From the NCBI GenBank assembly GCA_045122735.1, contig JBGVHZ010000035.1, positions 7,913-71,912 on the forward strand: a DNA stretch of 64,000 nucleotides, written 5' to 3'. Positions 55,336-64,000 of this stretch are shown here, in pieces (within the stretch, counting starts at the first letter, position 1; each line of letters begins with the position of its first letter). A model generated the notes under the pieces. It was not told the origin of the DNA. It did not search any database and saw nothing but the letters and a program-made list of their open reading frames with translations. The position numbers and the translations under genes are program-made. Origin of the DNA: Faecousia sp. GTDB taxonomy: Bacteria > Bacillota > Clostridia > Oscillospirales > Oscillospiraceae.

Positions 55336-56508
55336 ATGGATTACGCAAAAGAGTCCCTGCGGCTCCACGGTGAGTGGGGCGGCAAGATCGAAGTCATTGC
55401 AAAAGTTCCCGTTGCCACCAAGGAAGACCTGTCCCTGGCCTACACCCCCGGTGTTGCACAGCCCTGTCTGGAGATCCAGAAGGATGTAAACAAGTCCTAT
55501 GACCTGACCCGTCGTCATAACCTCTGCGCTGTTATCACCGACGGCACTGCCGTTCTGGGTCTGGGCGACATCGGCCCTGAAGCAGGTATGCCCGTTATGG
55601 AAGGCAAGTGCGCCCTGTTCAAGGCCTTCGGTGATGTGGACGCCTTCCCCCTTTGCATCAAGAGCAAGGATGTGGACGAGATCGTCAACACCGTTTATAT
55701 GCTCTCCGGCTCTTTCGGCGGCGTAAACCTGGAAGACATTTCCGCTCCCCGCTGCTTTGAGATCGAGCGTAAGCTGAAGGAAAAGTGCGACATTCCTATC
55801 TTCCACGATGACCAGCACGGTACCGCTGTTATCACCCTGGCCGGCCTGCTGAACGCCATCAAGGTAGTTGGCAAGAAGAAGGAAGAGGTAAAGATCGTCA
55901 CCTCCGGTGCAGGCGCTGCTGCCATCGCTATTGTAAAGCTGCTGCTGTCTGCAGGCTTTGAGAATGTGATCATGACCGACCGTACCGGCGCTATCTACGA
56001 AGGCCGTGAGGGTCTGAACTGGATCAAGGCCGAAATGGCTCAGGTCACCAATAAGGAAAAGAAGGCCGGCTCTCTGGCTGAAGTGATCAAGGGCGCTGAT
56101 GTATTCATCGGTGTTTCCGCCCCCGGCACCATGACCACCGAGATGGTCAAGACCATGGCTCCCGACGCCATCATCTTCGCCTGCGCTAACCCCACCCCCG
56201 AAATCTTCCCTGAAGACGCCAAGGCTGGCGGTGCTCGCATCATCGCTACCGGCCGCAGCGACTTCCCCAACCAGATCAACAATGTTCTGGCCTTCCCCGG
56301 CATCTTCCGTGGTACTTTCGATGTTCGCGCCAGCGACATTAACGAGGAAATGAAGATGGCCGCCGCCCAGGCTCTGGCTGACCTGATCTCCGAAGACGAG
56401 CTGAACGAGGATTACATCATCCCCGCCGCTTTCGACGAAAGAGTCGGCCCCGCCGTTGCCAAGGCAGTTGCCGAGGCTGCTCGCAAGTCCGGCGTAGCTC
56501 GCATCTAA
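55336..56508 (+). CDS. NAD(P)-dependent malic enzyme
   Basis: AYTPGVA, DGTAVLGLGDIG, MEGK, NLEDI, FHDDQHGTA, ANPTPEI, ATGRSDFPNQINN. Confidence 0.93.
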   Translation: MDYAKESLRLHGEWGGKIEVIAKVPVATKEDLSLAYTPGVAQPCLEIQKDVNKSYDLTRRHNLCAVITDGTAVLGLGDIGPEAGMPVMEGKCALFKAFGDVDAFPLCIKSKDVDEIVNTVYMLSGSFGGVNLEDISAPRCFEIERKLKEKCDIPIFHDDQHGTAVITLAGLLNAIKVVGKKKEEVKIVTSGAGAAAIAIVKLLLSAGFENVIMTDRTGAIYEGREGLNWIKAEMAQVTNKEKKAGSLAEVIKGADVFIGVSAPGTMTTEMVKTMAPDAIIFACANPTPEIFPEDAKAGGARIIATGRSDFPNQINNVLAFPGIFRGTFDVRASDINEEMKMAAAQALADLISEDELNEDYIIPAAFDERVGPAVAKAVAEAARKSGVARI

Positions 56509-56518
56509 TTACAAACAT

Positions 56519-56549
56519 AAAAGGCACACCCGATTGGGTGTGCCTTTTT
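56519..56549. terminator. Bidirectional terminator
   Basis: AAAAGGCACACCC-GATT-GGGTGTGCCTTTT. Confidence 0.8.
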
Positions 56550-56550
56550 C

Positions 56551-57510
56551 TTATCCAAACAAGCTTACTGCGTTATTGTAGAAGATGTCCTCAATTTGGG
56601 TCTGATCCAGGTTTAACAGCAGCGCTGCCTGATAGAAGGCCATCAGGTTTTCCGTTGCCACCAGCGCCCGCTCCGTTCCCTTGTAGTCCTCCCCAGTCAG
56701 CCAATCCTGCCAGCTGCCAACGGAAATGGCTCTGCCAGGCAGCATACCAACGTTATAGTCGCTGCCCCACATCACCCGTTTACCTGCATTTTTCAGAATA
56801 CAAGCCGCCATAGTGCCAAACTCGCACACCGCAGAAAGGTCAAACCAAATGTTGCCGTTGTCCTGCAGCTTGTGAATAGAATCCATCAGGGTCCAGGAAG
56901 CAAAGGCTCTGCCGCAATGGGCAAGCACCAGCTGGGCATTTGGATATTTCTTTGCCATGGTGTTGACGTACTGCAAATTATCCGGGTCAGAAATGGCAGC
57001 TTTTCGGAACAAATGGAGAATAATGGGCAGCTTCTTTTCATTTGCCACCACCCAGGCGGTTTCCGGCAAATAGGCATCAACGGGCAGGCTTTCCAAATCC
57101 TGCTCTCCGGAAATGTGGGCATAGCACTTCAATCCCCGGCAGCCGGGACGCTCTGTCAGCTTCCAAATGAATTCCTCGCTGTCCTTGGGATGCACTAGGG
57201 GGCTGACCACATTGGGGCATCCCTCCTCCACCAGAGAAAAGGCATAGTCGTTGCTCTTATCCCGCAGACCGTTTTCCAGCTGGCTCAATGCTCTCCGTGC
57301 AGGATAAGGCATCATATTAAGCCTTATTTCCTCCACACCGGGAAGCAGCGGAGACATATCCCGCTTATAATCTGCCGGAGTTTGGGTGTCAAAGGGCACA
57401 TCGTCGGAGCTGGGCTTTCTTGTAATATGTATGTGGGCATCAAAGACCTTCCTGGGCAGAAAATCCTTGTACTTTTCGATCAAAAACAGATCGGCTGCAG
57501 AAAGTTCCAT
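56551..57510 (-). CDS. Amidohydrolase_2-family protein
   Basis: DAHIH, GLKCY, ILH, LAHCG, WGSD, NNA. Confidence 0.75.
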   Translation of the reverse strand: MELSAADLFLIEKYKDFLPRKVFDAHIHITRKPSSDDVPFDTQTPADYKRDMSPLLPGVEEIRLNMMPYPARRALSQLENGLRDKSNDYAFSLVEEGCPNVVSPLVHPKDSEEFIWKLTERPGCRGLKCYAHISGEQDLESLPVDAYLPETAWVVANEKKLPIILHLFRKAAISDPDNLQYVNTMAKKYPNAQLVLAHCGRAFASWTLMDSIHKLQDNGNIWFDLSAVCEFGTMAACILKNAGKRVMWGSDYNVGMLPGRAISVGSWQDWLTGEDYKGTERALVATENLMAFYQAALLLNLDQTQIEDIFYNNAVSLFG

Positions 57511-57561
57511 ACTGCATTCTCCTTTGTAAAAACCCCCGGCATTGCCGGGGGTCTTTTTCGT

Positions 57562-59520
57562 TTAGCAGAGCTTTGCGCCGGCGGGAATGGCGTCGTCCAC
57601 CATCAAAAGATTCAGCTTTTCTTCACCCTTTTCGGTGTGTACGGCGGAGATCAGCATACCGCAGGAATCCTTACCCATCATCTTTCTGGGGGGCAGGTTC
57701 ACAATGGCAACCAAGGTCTTGCCAATGAGCTCTTCCGGCTTATAGTACTTGGCAATGCCGGAAAGGATCTGCCGGTCAGTACCGGTGCCATCGTCCAAAG
57801 TAAACTGCAGCAGCTTGTCACTCTTCTTAACAGGCTGGCAGTCCTTGACCTTCACAGCCCGGAAGTCGGACTTGCAGAAGGTGTCAAAGTCCACATTTTC
57901 TGTTTCAAAAGGCTCGATTTCCACAGGGGGCAGCTTGGCCTTTTCCTTTTCAGCATTAAAAGCGTTGATTTCTTCCATTTTCTTCTCCATATCCAGGCGG
58001 GCAAAGAGGATCTGGGGAGCATCCAGCTGTGTGCCGGGCACAACAGCGCCGAAGCTCTGCAGGCTCTCCAGGCCGCCGTTTTCAGTTTTAATTTGCTCCA
58101 AAATCCGCTTGGAGGTATCGGGCAGGAAGGGTTCCAGCGCAACGGCTGCCATACGAATGGCCTCCAGCAGATTATAAAGGACAGTTCCCAAACGAGCCTT
58201 GTTTGCTTCGTCCTTTGCCAGCGCCCAGGGAGCGGTCTCATCAATATACTTGTTGGCGCGGCGCAGCAGAGTGAACACCTCGTCGATGGCATCTGCCACC
58301 TTCAGCTCGTTCATCTTGCCTTCCACCTTGCCGGGCATAGCCAACGCAACCGCCTTCAGCTCTTCATCCAGTGCATCCGGTGCGATGGGTGCCTGTACCA
58401 CGCCGCCAAAGTACTTGTTGTTCATAGCGATGGTGCGGTTTACCAGGTTACCCAAAATGTTGGCAAGCTCGCTGTTGATCCGCTCAATGATCAGCTCATA
58501 AGTCATAATGCCGTCAGCAGCGAAGGGCATTTCGTGCAGCACGAAGTACCGCACCGCATCCACGCCGAACAGCTCCACCAGATCGTCGGCATAGATCACA
58601 TTGCCCAGACTCTTGGACATCTTGTCGCCCTTTACCAGCAGCCAGGGGTGACCGAACACCTGCTTGGGCAGCTCCTCGCCCATGCTCATGAGGAAAATGG
58701 GCCAGTAGATGGTGTGGAAACGAACGATGTCCTTGCCAATAAGATGCAGATCCGCAGGCCAGAACTTCTTATACTTTTCCTCGTGATTGCCGTCGGGGTC
58801 ATAGCCGCAGAAGGTAATGTAGTTGCTCAGAGCGTCCAGCCACACATAGGTCACATGGCCGGGGTCAAATTCCACGGGAATGCCCCAGGTAAAGCTGGTA
58901 CGGGAAACGCACAGATCCTGCAGACCGGGCTTTAAGAAGTTGTTGATCATCTCATTCTTCCGGCTTTCCGGCTGAATGAACTGGGGATGGGTCTCAATAT
59001 GCTCCATGAGCTTATCGGCATACTTGCTCATCTTGAAGAAGTAGGCTTCTTCCTCTGCATCCACACATTCCCGGCCGCAGTCGGGGCACTTGCCGTCTAC
59101 CAGCTGGCTTTCGGTCCAGAAGCTTTCACAGGGGGTGCAGTACTTACCCACATACTTACCCTTGTAAATATCGCCCTTTTCATACATCTTGGCGAAGATC
59201 TTTTGCACCTTGGTTTTGTGTTCCGGGTCAGTGGTGCGGACGAAGCGGTCGTAGGTGGTGTTCATCAGATCCCAAATATTCTTGATCTGACCTGCCACAT
59301 TGTCCACATATTCCTGAGGGGTAATGCCGGCAGCTTCCGCCTTCTGCTGAATTTTCTGACCGTGCTCATCGGTGCCGGTCTGGAAATACACATCAAAGCC
59401 GGCCTGCCGCTTATAGCGGGCAATGGCATCGGCCAATACGATCTCGTAAGTATTGCCGATGTGGGGCTTTGCAGAGGTGTATGCAATAGCCGTTGTAATG
59501 TAATAAGGTTTCTTTTCCAT
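57562..59520 (-). CDS. metG: Methionyl-tRNA synthetase with C-terminal tRNA-binding domain
   Basis: HIGN, GTDEHG, CTPC..CPDC knuckle, YVWLDAL, KMSKS; GGAGG RBS before ATG 59520; hairpin terminator at ~57528-57558. Confidence 0.96.
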   Translation of the reverse strand: MEKKPYYITTAIAYTSAKPHIGNTYEIVLADAIARYKRQAGFDVYFQTGTDEHGQKIQQKAEAAGITPQEYVDNVAGQIKNIWDLMNTTYDRFVRTTDPEHKTKVQKIFAKMYEKGDIYKGKYVGKYCTPCESFWTESQLVDGKCPDCGRECVDAEEEAYFFKMSKYADKLMEHIETHPQFIQPESRKNEMINNFLKPGLQDLCVSRTSFTWGIPVEFDPGHVTYVWLDALSNYITFCGYDPDGNHEEKYKKFWPADLHLIGKDIVRFHTIYWPIFLMSMGEELPKQVFGHPWLLVKGDKMSKSLGNVIYADDLVELFGVDAVRYFVLHEMPFAADGIMTYELIIERINSELANILGNLVNRTIAMNNKYFGGVVQAPIAPDALDEELKAVALAMPGKVEGKMNELKVADAIDEVFTLLRRANKYIDETAPWALAKDEANKARLGTVLYNLLEAIRMAAVALEPFLPDTSKRILEQIKTENGGLESLQSFGAVVPGTQLDAPQILFARLDMEKKMEEINAFNAEKEKAKLPPVEIEPFETENVDFDTFCKSDFRAVKVKDCQPVKKSDKLLQFTLDDGTGTDRQILSGIAKYYKPEELIGKTLVAIVNLPPRKMMGKDSCGMLISAVHTEKGEEKLNLLMVDDAIPAGAKLC

Positions 59521-59542
59521 CTTATCCTCCTTAAAAATGAAA

Positions 59543-59770
59543 ATCGTCCTTGCATAGCGCAAGGACGATAAAATTTACCGTGGTACCACCTTGATTCGTA
59601 CAGCAAATGCTGTACCTCAAAAGCGCTTTAACGGGCGCACCCGAAAATGCCTACCTATCGACATTTTGGCTCCCAGGCCATCTTCAATCGCTTGCGCCGT
59701 ACCCCCTCTCACCTACCGGGGCTCTCTGAACGGAATAGACGACTTACTCTCCTGTTCCATGCCTTTTCAT
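59543..59770 (-). promoter_or_regulatory. T-box riboswitch (Met specifier) upstream of metG
   Basis: Minus strand AAGGTGGTACCACG T-box, terminator ATCGTCCTTGC..GCAAGGACGAT, stem I AGAGA/GGTGAGA loops, GAAGATGG specifier with AUG. Confidence 0.88.
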
Positions 59771-59805
59771 ATCGTTAGCATTATAGCCCAAATAGGCAAG
59801 ATTTG

Positions 59806-60891
59806 TCAACCTTTTTCTGCCTTTTGCCGGGTCAAAAGCAACGCAACCCCTATGGCGGTCACGCCGCCTGTGAGCTTGGCAACAATCATAGCCGGCAGCA
59901 TTTCCGGGGCAAAGCCTGCGGTAAAGCCCAAATGATCGCCAAAAACGAAGGCGGCAGACACTGCAAAGGCGATGTTTACCACTTTTCCCCGGCTGTCCAT
60001 ATCCCGAACCAAGCCAAAGGTAGCAATAGAATTTGCCAAAGTGGCTACCAGTCCCCCAGCCGCCACATCGTTGATGCCCAAGCTCTTTCCCAAAGCGGTC
60101 AAAGGCTTTTTCAGTGCCTTTGTAATCACATATACCAGCGGAAATGCACCCGCCAAAACAATGGCGATGGCACCCACCGTAGAAAAGCCCTCTTCAATGG
60201 GGGCAAGCCCGGGAATGATGGAAAAGCCGGTCAGCGTCTCCACAATAGACGCCACCAACCCCACGGTGATCACCGCCAGTACGCCCTTGCCAAAATAAGA
60301 AAAACCCTTGATCATGGCCTTTTCCCATTTTAGAAGACCCACCGTAATCAGAACACCGATGATCACAATCGGCACCAGATTCCGCAGCACCATTCCAATG
60401 GGAAAGCCTGCCATCAGGCCGCCTGCCAAAATTCCCAAAGGAATGGTGACAATGCCTGCCAAAACGCCTTTGGCAAGTGCAGGCATATCCTTGCCCGGTA
60501 AAATGCCCATTGCCACAGGAATGGTGAAAACGATGGTTGCGCCCAGCATACTGCCGCAGATCACACCCCCCAGAGCTGCTGCCTGTGGGTCAGTGGTCAG
60601 CTCCTGTGCCAGTGCGCCGCCACCCATATCGCAGGCTAAGATCGTACCTGCAAACATAGCGGGGTCCGCTCCCAAAAAGCCAAATGCCGGCACCACTACC
60701 GGACGCAAAAGGCTTGCAAGCACCGGGGCAAAGGTAATAATACCAACCATGGCCAGCGCCAGTGAGCCCATGGCCAAAATGCCCTCTTCAAACTGCTTGC
60801 CCAGACCCAGCCGGTTGCCGAAGATCCGGTCCAGGCCGCCCAAAAGGGCGAAAAAAGCCATGATCCAAATCAGTATTTCGTGGGCCGACAT
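59806..60891 (-). CDS. eutH: Ethanolamine permease
   Basis: GLGKQFEEG, DPAMFAGTILACDMGG, GATIVFTIPVA, AAFVFGDHLGF. Confidence 0.9.
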   Translation of the reverse strand: MSAHEILIWIMAFFALLGGLDRIFGNRLGLGKQFEEGILAMGSLALAMVGIITFAPVLASLLRPVVVPAFGFLGADPAMFAGTILACDMGGGALAQELTTDPQAAALGGVICGSMLGATIVFTIPVAMGILPGKDMPALAKGVLAGIVTIPLGILAGGLMAGFPIGMVLRNLVPIVIIGVLITVGLLKWEKAMIKGFSYFGKGVLAVITVGLVASIVETLTGFSIIPGLAPIEEGFSTVGAIAIVLAGAFPLVYVITKALKKPLTALGKSLGINDVAAGGLVATLANSIATFGLVRDMDSRGKVVNIAFAVSAAFVFGDHLGFTAGFAPEMLPAMIVAKLTGGVTAIGVALLLTRQKAEKG

Positions 60892-61127
60892 TCCTTGTCC
60901 CCCTCATCCAAAATGGCGACAACTGCCGCATCCACCGGCGCTTCCATACAAAACCGGGAAGCAACCGTTCCCGTCACCAGCAGCACCTTATCTCCTGTGC
61001 CGGCACCCACCTGGTCTGCCGCCACCACCTGTCCCTGGAGGGTCTGCACCACCAAAAAGGTCTGCCCCTGGAGGCACTGTGCCTTTCGGCTGGACCACAC
61101 CGAGCCTGTTACTGTTCCGATAATCAA
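60870..61127 (-). CDS. eutN: BMC pentamer (EutN/CcmL)
   Basis: GTVTGSVWSSRK, AADQVGAGTGDKVL, VDAAVVAILD. Confidence 0.88.
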   Translation of the reverse strand: MIIGTVTGSVWSSRKAQCLQGQTFLVVQTLQGQVVAADQVGAGTGDKVLLVTGTVASRFCMEAPVDAAVVAILDEGDKECRPTKY

Positions 61128-61522
61128 GTTGTTCCCTCCAAAATATCCCGTGCCAGGGGGGTCAGCACCGCCCCGGGCATAGGTTTGATACCCGCCTTTG
61201 CCATGGCTATGGCCTGCTGGGCGGTAATAAGCTTTTTTACATTTCCGTCGGTAAAGGCGATGCCCCAGCTTTTCAGCTCCCGTTTCTTGCCTGCAAGGGC
61301 AGCATTTAAAGCTCTGTTTGCCGCCACTTCCGGCAGTCCCGGCGTGTACAGCACCACAGGTATTCCTTCCGCCAAAGCAGAAAGCACCTGCTCATTGGAA
61401 AAATGAAGCAGCTGACCAATGGTCAGCGACCCTATCACCACCGCCTCATAGGGCGCTTCCTTCACATACCGGTAGCCCAGGGGCCACTGGGGCTCTTTTC
61501 CCACCAACAGGGCATCGGTCAT
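61124..61522 (-). CDS. Ethanolamine utilisation hypothetical protein (PduM-like)
   Basis: Position in Firmicute eut order (pduL-hyp-eutN-eutH); KKLIT...AVLTPLARD motif. Confidence 0.6.
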   Translation of the reverse strand: MTDALLVGKEPQWPLGYRYVKEAPYEAVVIGSLTIGQLLHFSNEQVLSALAEGIPVVLYTPGLPEVAANRALNAALAGKKRELKSWGIAFTDGNVKKLITAQQAIAMAKAGIKPMPGAVLTPLARDILEGTT

Positions 61523-62118
61523 TTGGAAATTCTCCCCAAATCCCCTTTTTGGAAGCCGCAGGCATTGGCTTCATCGTAATCCAAATGGACAAAGGTTTCA
61601 AAATCAGGGCTGACCCGAACAGCCACATCTTCAAATACAACGGGTCTGTCTGTAAAGGTCTGCAGACGGACGATTTGCTTGTCCTTCACCCCAAAATGCT
61701 TAGCATCCTCCGGGGTCATATGAATGTGCCGCTTGGCGGCGATCACCCCTTCAGAAATGGTGATGCGCCCCATAGGACCAATGAGCTCCGCCCCGGGAGA
61801 ATCGGCCACATCCCCGGAAAGCCGCACAGGCGGCAGTATACCCAAGGTTTTCCCATCGGTGAGGGAAATCTCCACCTGGGCCTTTCCTCTTACCGGACCA
61901 AGGACCGCCACATTCTGAAATTCTCCCTTAGGCCCTTTCACCGTCACTCTTTCCTGTGCCAGATACTGCCCCGGCTGAGAAAGGGGTCTGAGGGGGGTCA
62001 GCCCATGGCCAAACAAAATCTGCGCCTGCTCCTCATTTACATGGACATGGCGGCCGGAAGCTTCCAGCTCCACGAAAATGCCCTTAATAATTTTTTGTGT
62101 CAGTTTCTCCAGTTCCAT
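61519..62118 (-). CDS. pduL: Phosphate acyltransferase PduL
   Basis: SGRHVH, LSQPGQY, VLGPVR, AKRHIHM, HLDYDEANA. Confidence 0.92.
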   Translation of the reverse strand: MELEKLTQKIIKGIFVELEASGRHVHVNEEQAQILFGHGLTPLRPLSQPGQYLAQERVTVKGPKGEFQNVAVLGPVRGKAQVEISLTDGKTLGILPPVRLSGDVADSPGAELIGPMGRITISEGVIAAKRHIHMTPEDAKHFGVKDKQIVRLQTFTDRPVVFEDVAVRVSPDFETFVHLDYDEANACGFQKGDLGRISK

Positions 62119-62797
62119 AGGCTGCTTTTTCCCTTAACATCAAAATATACAGCATACTGCTGATCCGATTCAGCGCCTGCAAAAGGTCCTCCCGGGTGGG
62201 TATCCCCTCCCTGTCCGCAAAGGCATGCTGGGCAGAAAGCTCCGTCTGCCGGGCGACGGTGCGGATGCGGTTTAAGGTCAGCACCCCTTCCCTGTCAGCA
62301 AAATCCGGCATAAAATGGGGAATTCCATAGTAATCCTGGGGGAAATGGCTTCTTTTCCGCATTTCCGCTTCGGTTAATCCGCAAAGTCCTGTGAGTGTCA
62401 AAGGCTCGTCCAGCACATCGCACCGCAGAATTTGCCGGGTCAGCGCCAAAATTTCCCCCAGCTCCCTTTGCAGGTGGGGACATACCTTTCCGCCCCATAA
62501 AAGCTCCGCTTCCAGGGCATCCACCCACCCCCGAAAGGCGATCCGGGGATGGGTCTTTTTCACCAAAAATTCCCCATTTAAGTGGGTCATATGCTCCGGC
62601 TTTTCCTCGGTAAAGCCGCCGCCCAAAATCTGCCACCGCTCCTTTTTTGCCGTCGTGGCAGGTAAAATCTCAATTCTCTGAGCCTGCAGAAAATCCCTTG
62701 CTTCACTGGTGAGAGTATCCCCACTGCCCAGATAAAACACCCGCTTTTTATCCCGGTTGCGGATGTTATCCTCCACCATCTTCCGGGTGTAGAGCAT
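62084..62797 (-). CDS. eutT: Cobalamin adenosyltransferase EutT
   Basis: EKPEHMTHL, HPRIAFRG..D.LEA, SHFPQ, LNRIRT..RQTEL, LNRISS. Confidence 0.85.
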   Translation of the reverse strand: MLYTRKMVEDNIRNRDKKRVFYLGSGDTLTSEARDFLQAQRIEILPATTAKKERWQILGGGFTEEKPEHMTHLNGEFLVKKTHPRIAFRGWVDALEAELLWGGKVCPHLQRELGEILALTRQILRCDVLDEPLTLTGLCGLTEAEMRKRSHFPQDYYGIPHFMPDFADREGVLTLNRIRTVARQTELSAQHAFADREGIPTREDLLQALNRISSMLYILMLREKAAYGTGETDTKNY

Positions 62798-63096
62798 TAC
62801 TTACCGTTGGGTGCGGACTGCTTGCCGTGGGGCAGAATGTTGTCCACTTCTGTGTGAGGACGGGCAATCACATGGACAGAGATCAGTTCCCCCACCTTTT
62901 CTGCGGCGGCAGCACCTGCATCGGTGGCAGCCTTTACTGCACCCACATCACCTCTAACCAGCACAGTGACCAAGCCGCCGCCTACCTGTTCCTTGCCCAC
63001 CAGCTGCACATTGGCAGACTTGACCATGGCGTCAGCGGCCTCAATAGCGCCCACCAGGCCCTTTGTTTCGATCATTCCCAAAGCGTTCGTATTCAT
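62797..63096 (-). CDS. eutM: BMC hexamer shell protein
   Basis: [39 protein letters not shown]. Confidence 0.92.
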   Translation of the reverse strand: MNTNALGMIETKGLVGAIEAADAMVKSANVQLVGKEQVGGGLVTVLVRGDVGAVKAATDAGAAAAEKVGELISVHVIARPHTEVDNILPHGKQSAPNGK

Positions 63097-63099
63097 AAA

Positions 63100-64000
63100 T
63101 TATCCTCCCAGTCGTTCTAAAATTTTACTTGTAATAAATGCCACAAGGGTATCTTCTTCCGGGCTTACAGTTTCTTCTTCCTTCCCCCAGGCCACCCGGC
63201 GCACATTGATTAAGTCCATAGGGGAAACATTGTTGGAAGTGGAGCTTCCGCCCACTGCGCCACAGCCCAAGGTCAGAGCCGGAAACAGATTTGTGCTTGC
63301 CCCAATGCCACCCAAGGCAGAGGGGGTGTTCACCAAAAACCGGGAAACGGGAATTTGCAGAGCAAATTTTCTTACCACCTTTTCATCCTTGGTGTGGATG
63401 GAGAAGGTGTGACCGCTGCCCTCGTGACGGAGTACCTCCACACACTTTGCAAGAACCGCATCCTCGTTTTCCATAACGAAAAAGGCCAACACCGGGCAGA
63501 GCTTTTCCATAGAATAGGGTCTTGTAGGGCCTGCCTGCTGTTCCCTTGCCATGAGAATTTTCGTTCCGTGCGGCACGCAGAAGCCCGCCATTTGTGCAAG
63601 GCGGCCTGCAGGCTTTCCCACCACATCGGGACTCAGGGCTCCATTTGGCTTAAACAGCAGCTTTGCAAGGGCAGCCGCTTCTTCCTCATTCATCAGGTAA
63701 AAGCCCTGTCGTCTCCCCTCTTCCAAAACCGCCTTCTCCAAACTTTTCTCCACGATAATGCTCTGTTCCGATGCGCAAATGGTTCCATAATCGAAGTTTT
63801 TGGATTTTGCGATACAAGAAAGGGCGTGGGGAATATCCGCACTTGGGTGAATATAAGCCGGGCCGTTGCCTGCCCCCACACCGATGGCCGGTTTCCCGGA
63901 AGAATAGCAGGCTCTTACCATAGCCGGACCGCCGGTAGCCAGCAATAAACTTACCTGGGGTGCCGCCATCAGTTCCTGACAGCCCGCCATAGATCCGGCG
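63100..64000 (-). CDS. eutE: Acylating acetaldehyde dehydrogenase (partial, 5' end outside window)
   Basis: ATGGPAMV, GVGAGNGP, GTICASEQ, EKLCPVL, GHT, LTLGCG. Confidence 0.88.
   Translation of the reverse strand, partial: AGSMAGCQELMAAPQVSLLLATGGPAMVRACYSSGKPAIGVGAGNGPAYIHPSADIPHALSCIAKSKNFDYGTICASEQSIIVEKSLEKAVLEEGRRQGFYLMNEEEAAALAKLLFKPNGALSPDVVGKPAGRLAQMAGFCVPHGTKILMAREQQAGPTRPYSMEKLCPVLAFFVMENEDAVLAKCVEVLRHEGSGHTFSIHTKDEKVVRKFALQIPVSRFLVNTPSALGGIGASTNLFPALTLGCGAVGGSSTSNNVSPMDLINVRRVAWGKEEETVSPEEDTLVAFITSKILERLGG

Overview
Chromosomal window of a moderately GC-rich Clostridia-class genome (gene content looks Oscillospiraceae-like; inferred). From left to right: (1) a housekeeping dnaD-dnaC-HAD-yfbR operon; (2) a ~27 kb catabolic island for acylated amino sugars or sialic-acid-like sugars (NanA-type lyase, two AGE epimerases, two tandem ceramidase-fold amidohydrolases, NagA, NagB-like, SGNH/CE4 esterases, Opp-type ABC importer, MFS, Asp-box propeller, two AraC regulators); (3) two adjacent paralogous giant secreted proteins (~3750 and 2133 aa); (4) a MetV-RnfC fusion/metV/metF methylene-THF reductase operon; (5) tRNA-Gly(CCC), a TetR locus, malic enzyme and T-box-controlled metG; (6) the distal end of an ethanolamine (eut) microcompartment operon. 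The best candidate for an undescribed system is the giant-protein pair. Each has one apparently intact NlpC/P60 (papain-like Cys-His) domain followed by an array of 12 or 6 NlpC/P60-like domains in which the catalytic Cys is always replaced and the His almost always, spaced by Listeria-Bacteroides-type repeats. The two have different N-terminal anchors: a TM helix plus a second internal signal peptide in one, a dockerin in the other. All family assignments come from visual motif recognition; no searches were run. No CRISPR array, transposase or integrase was seen.
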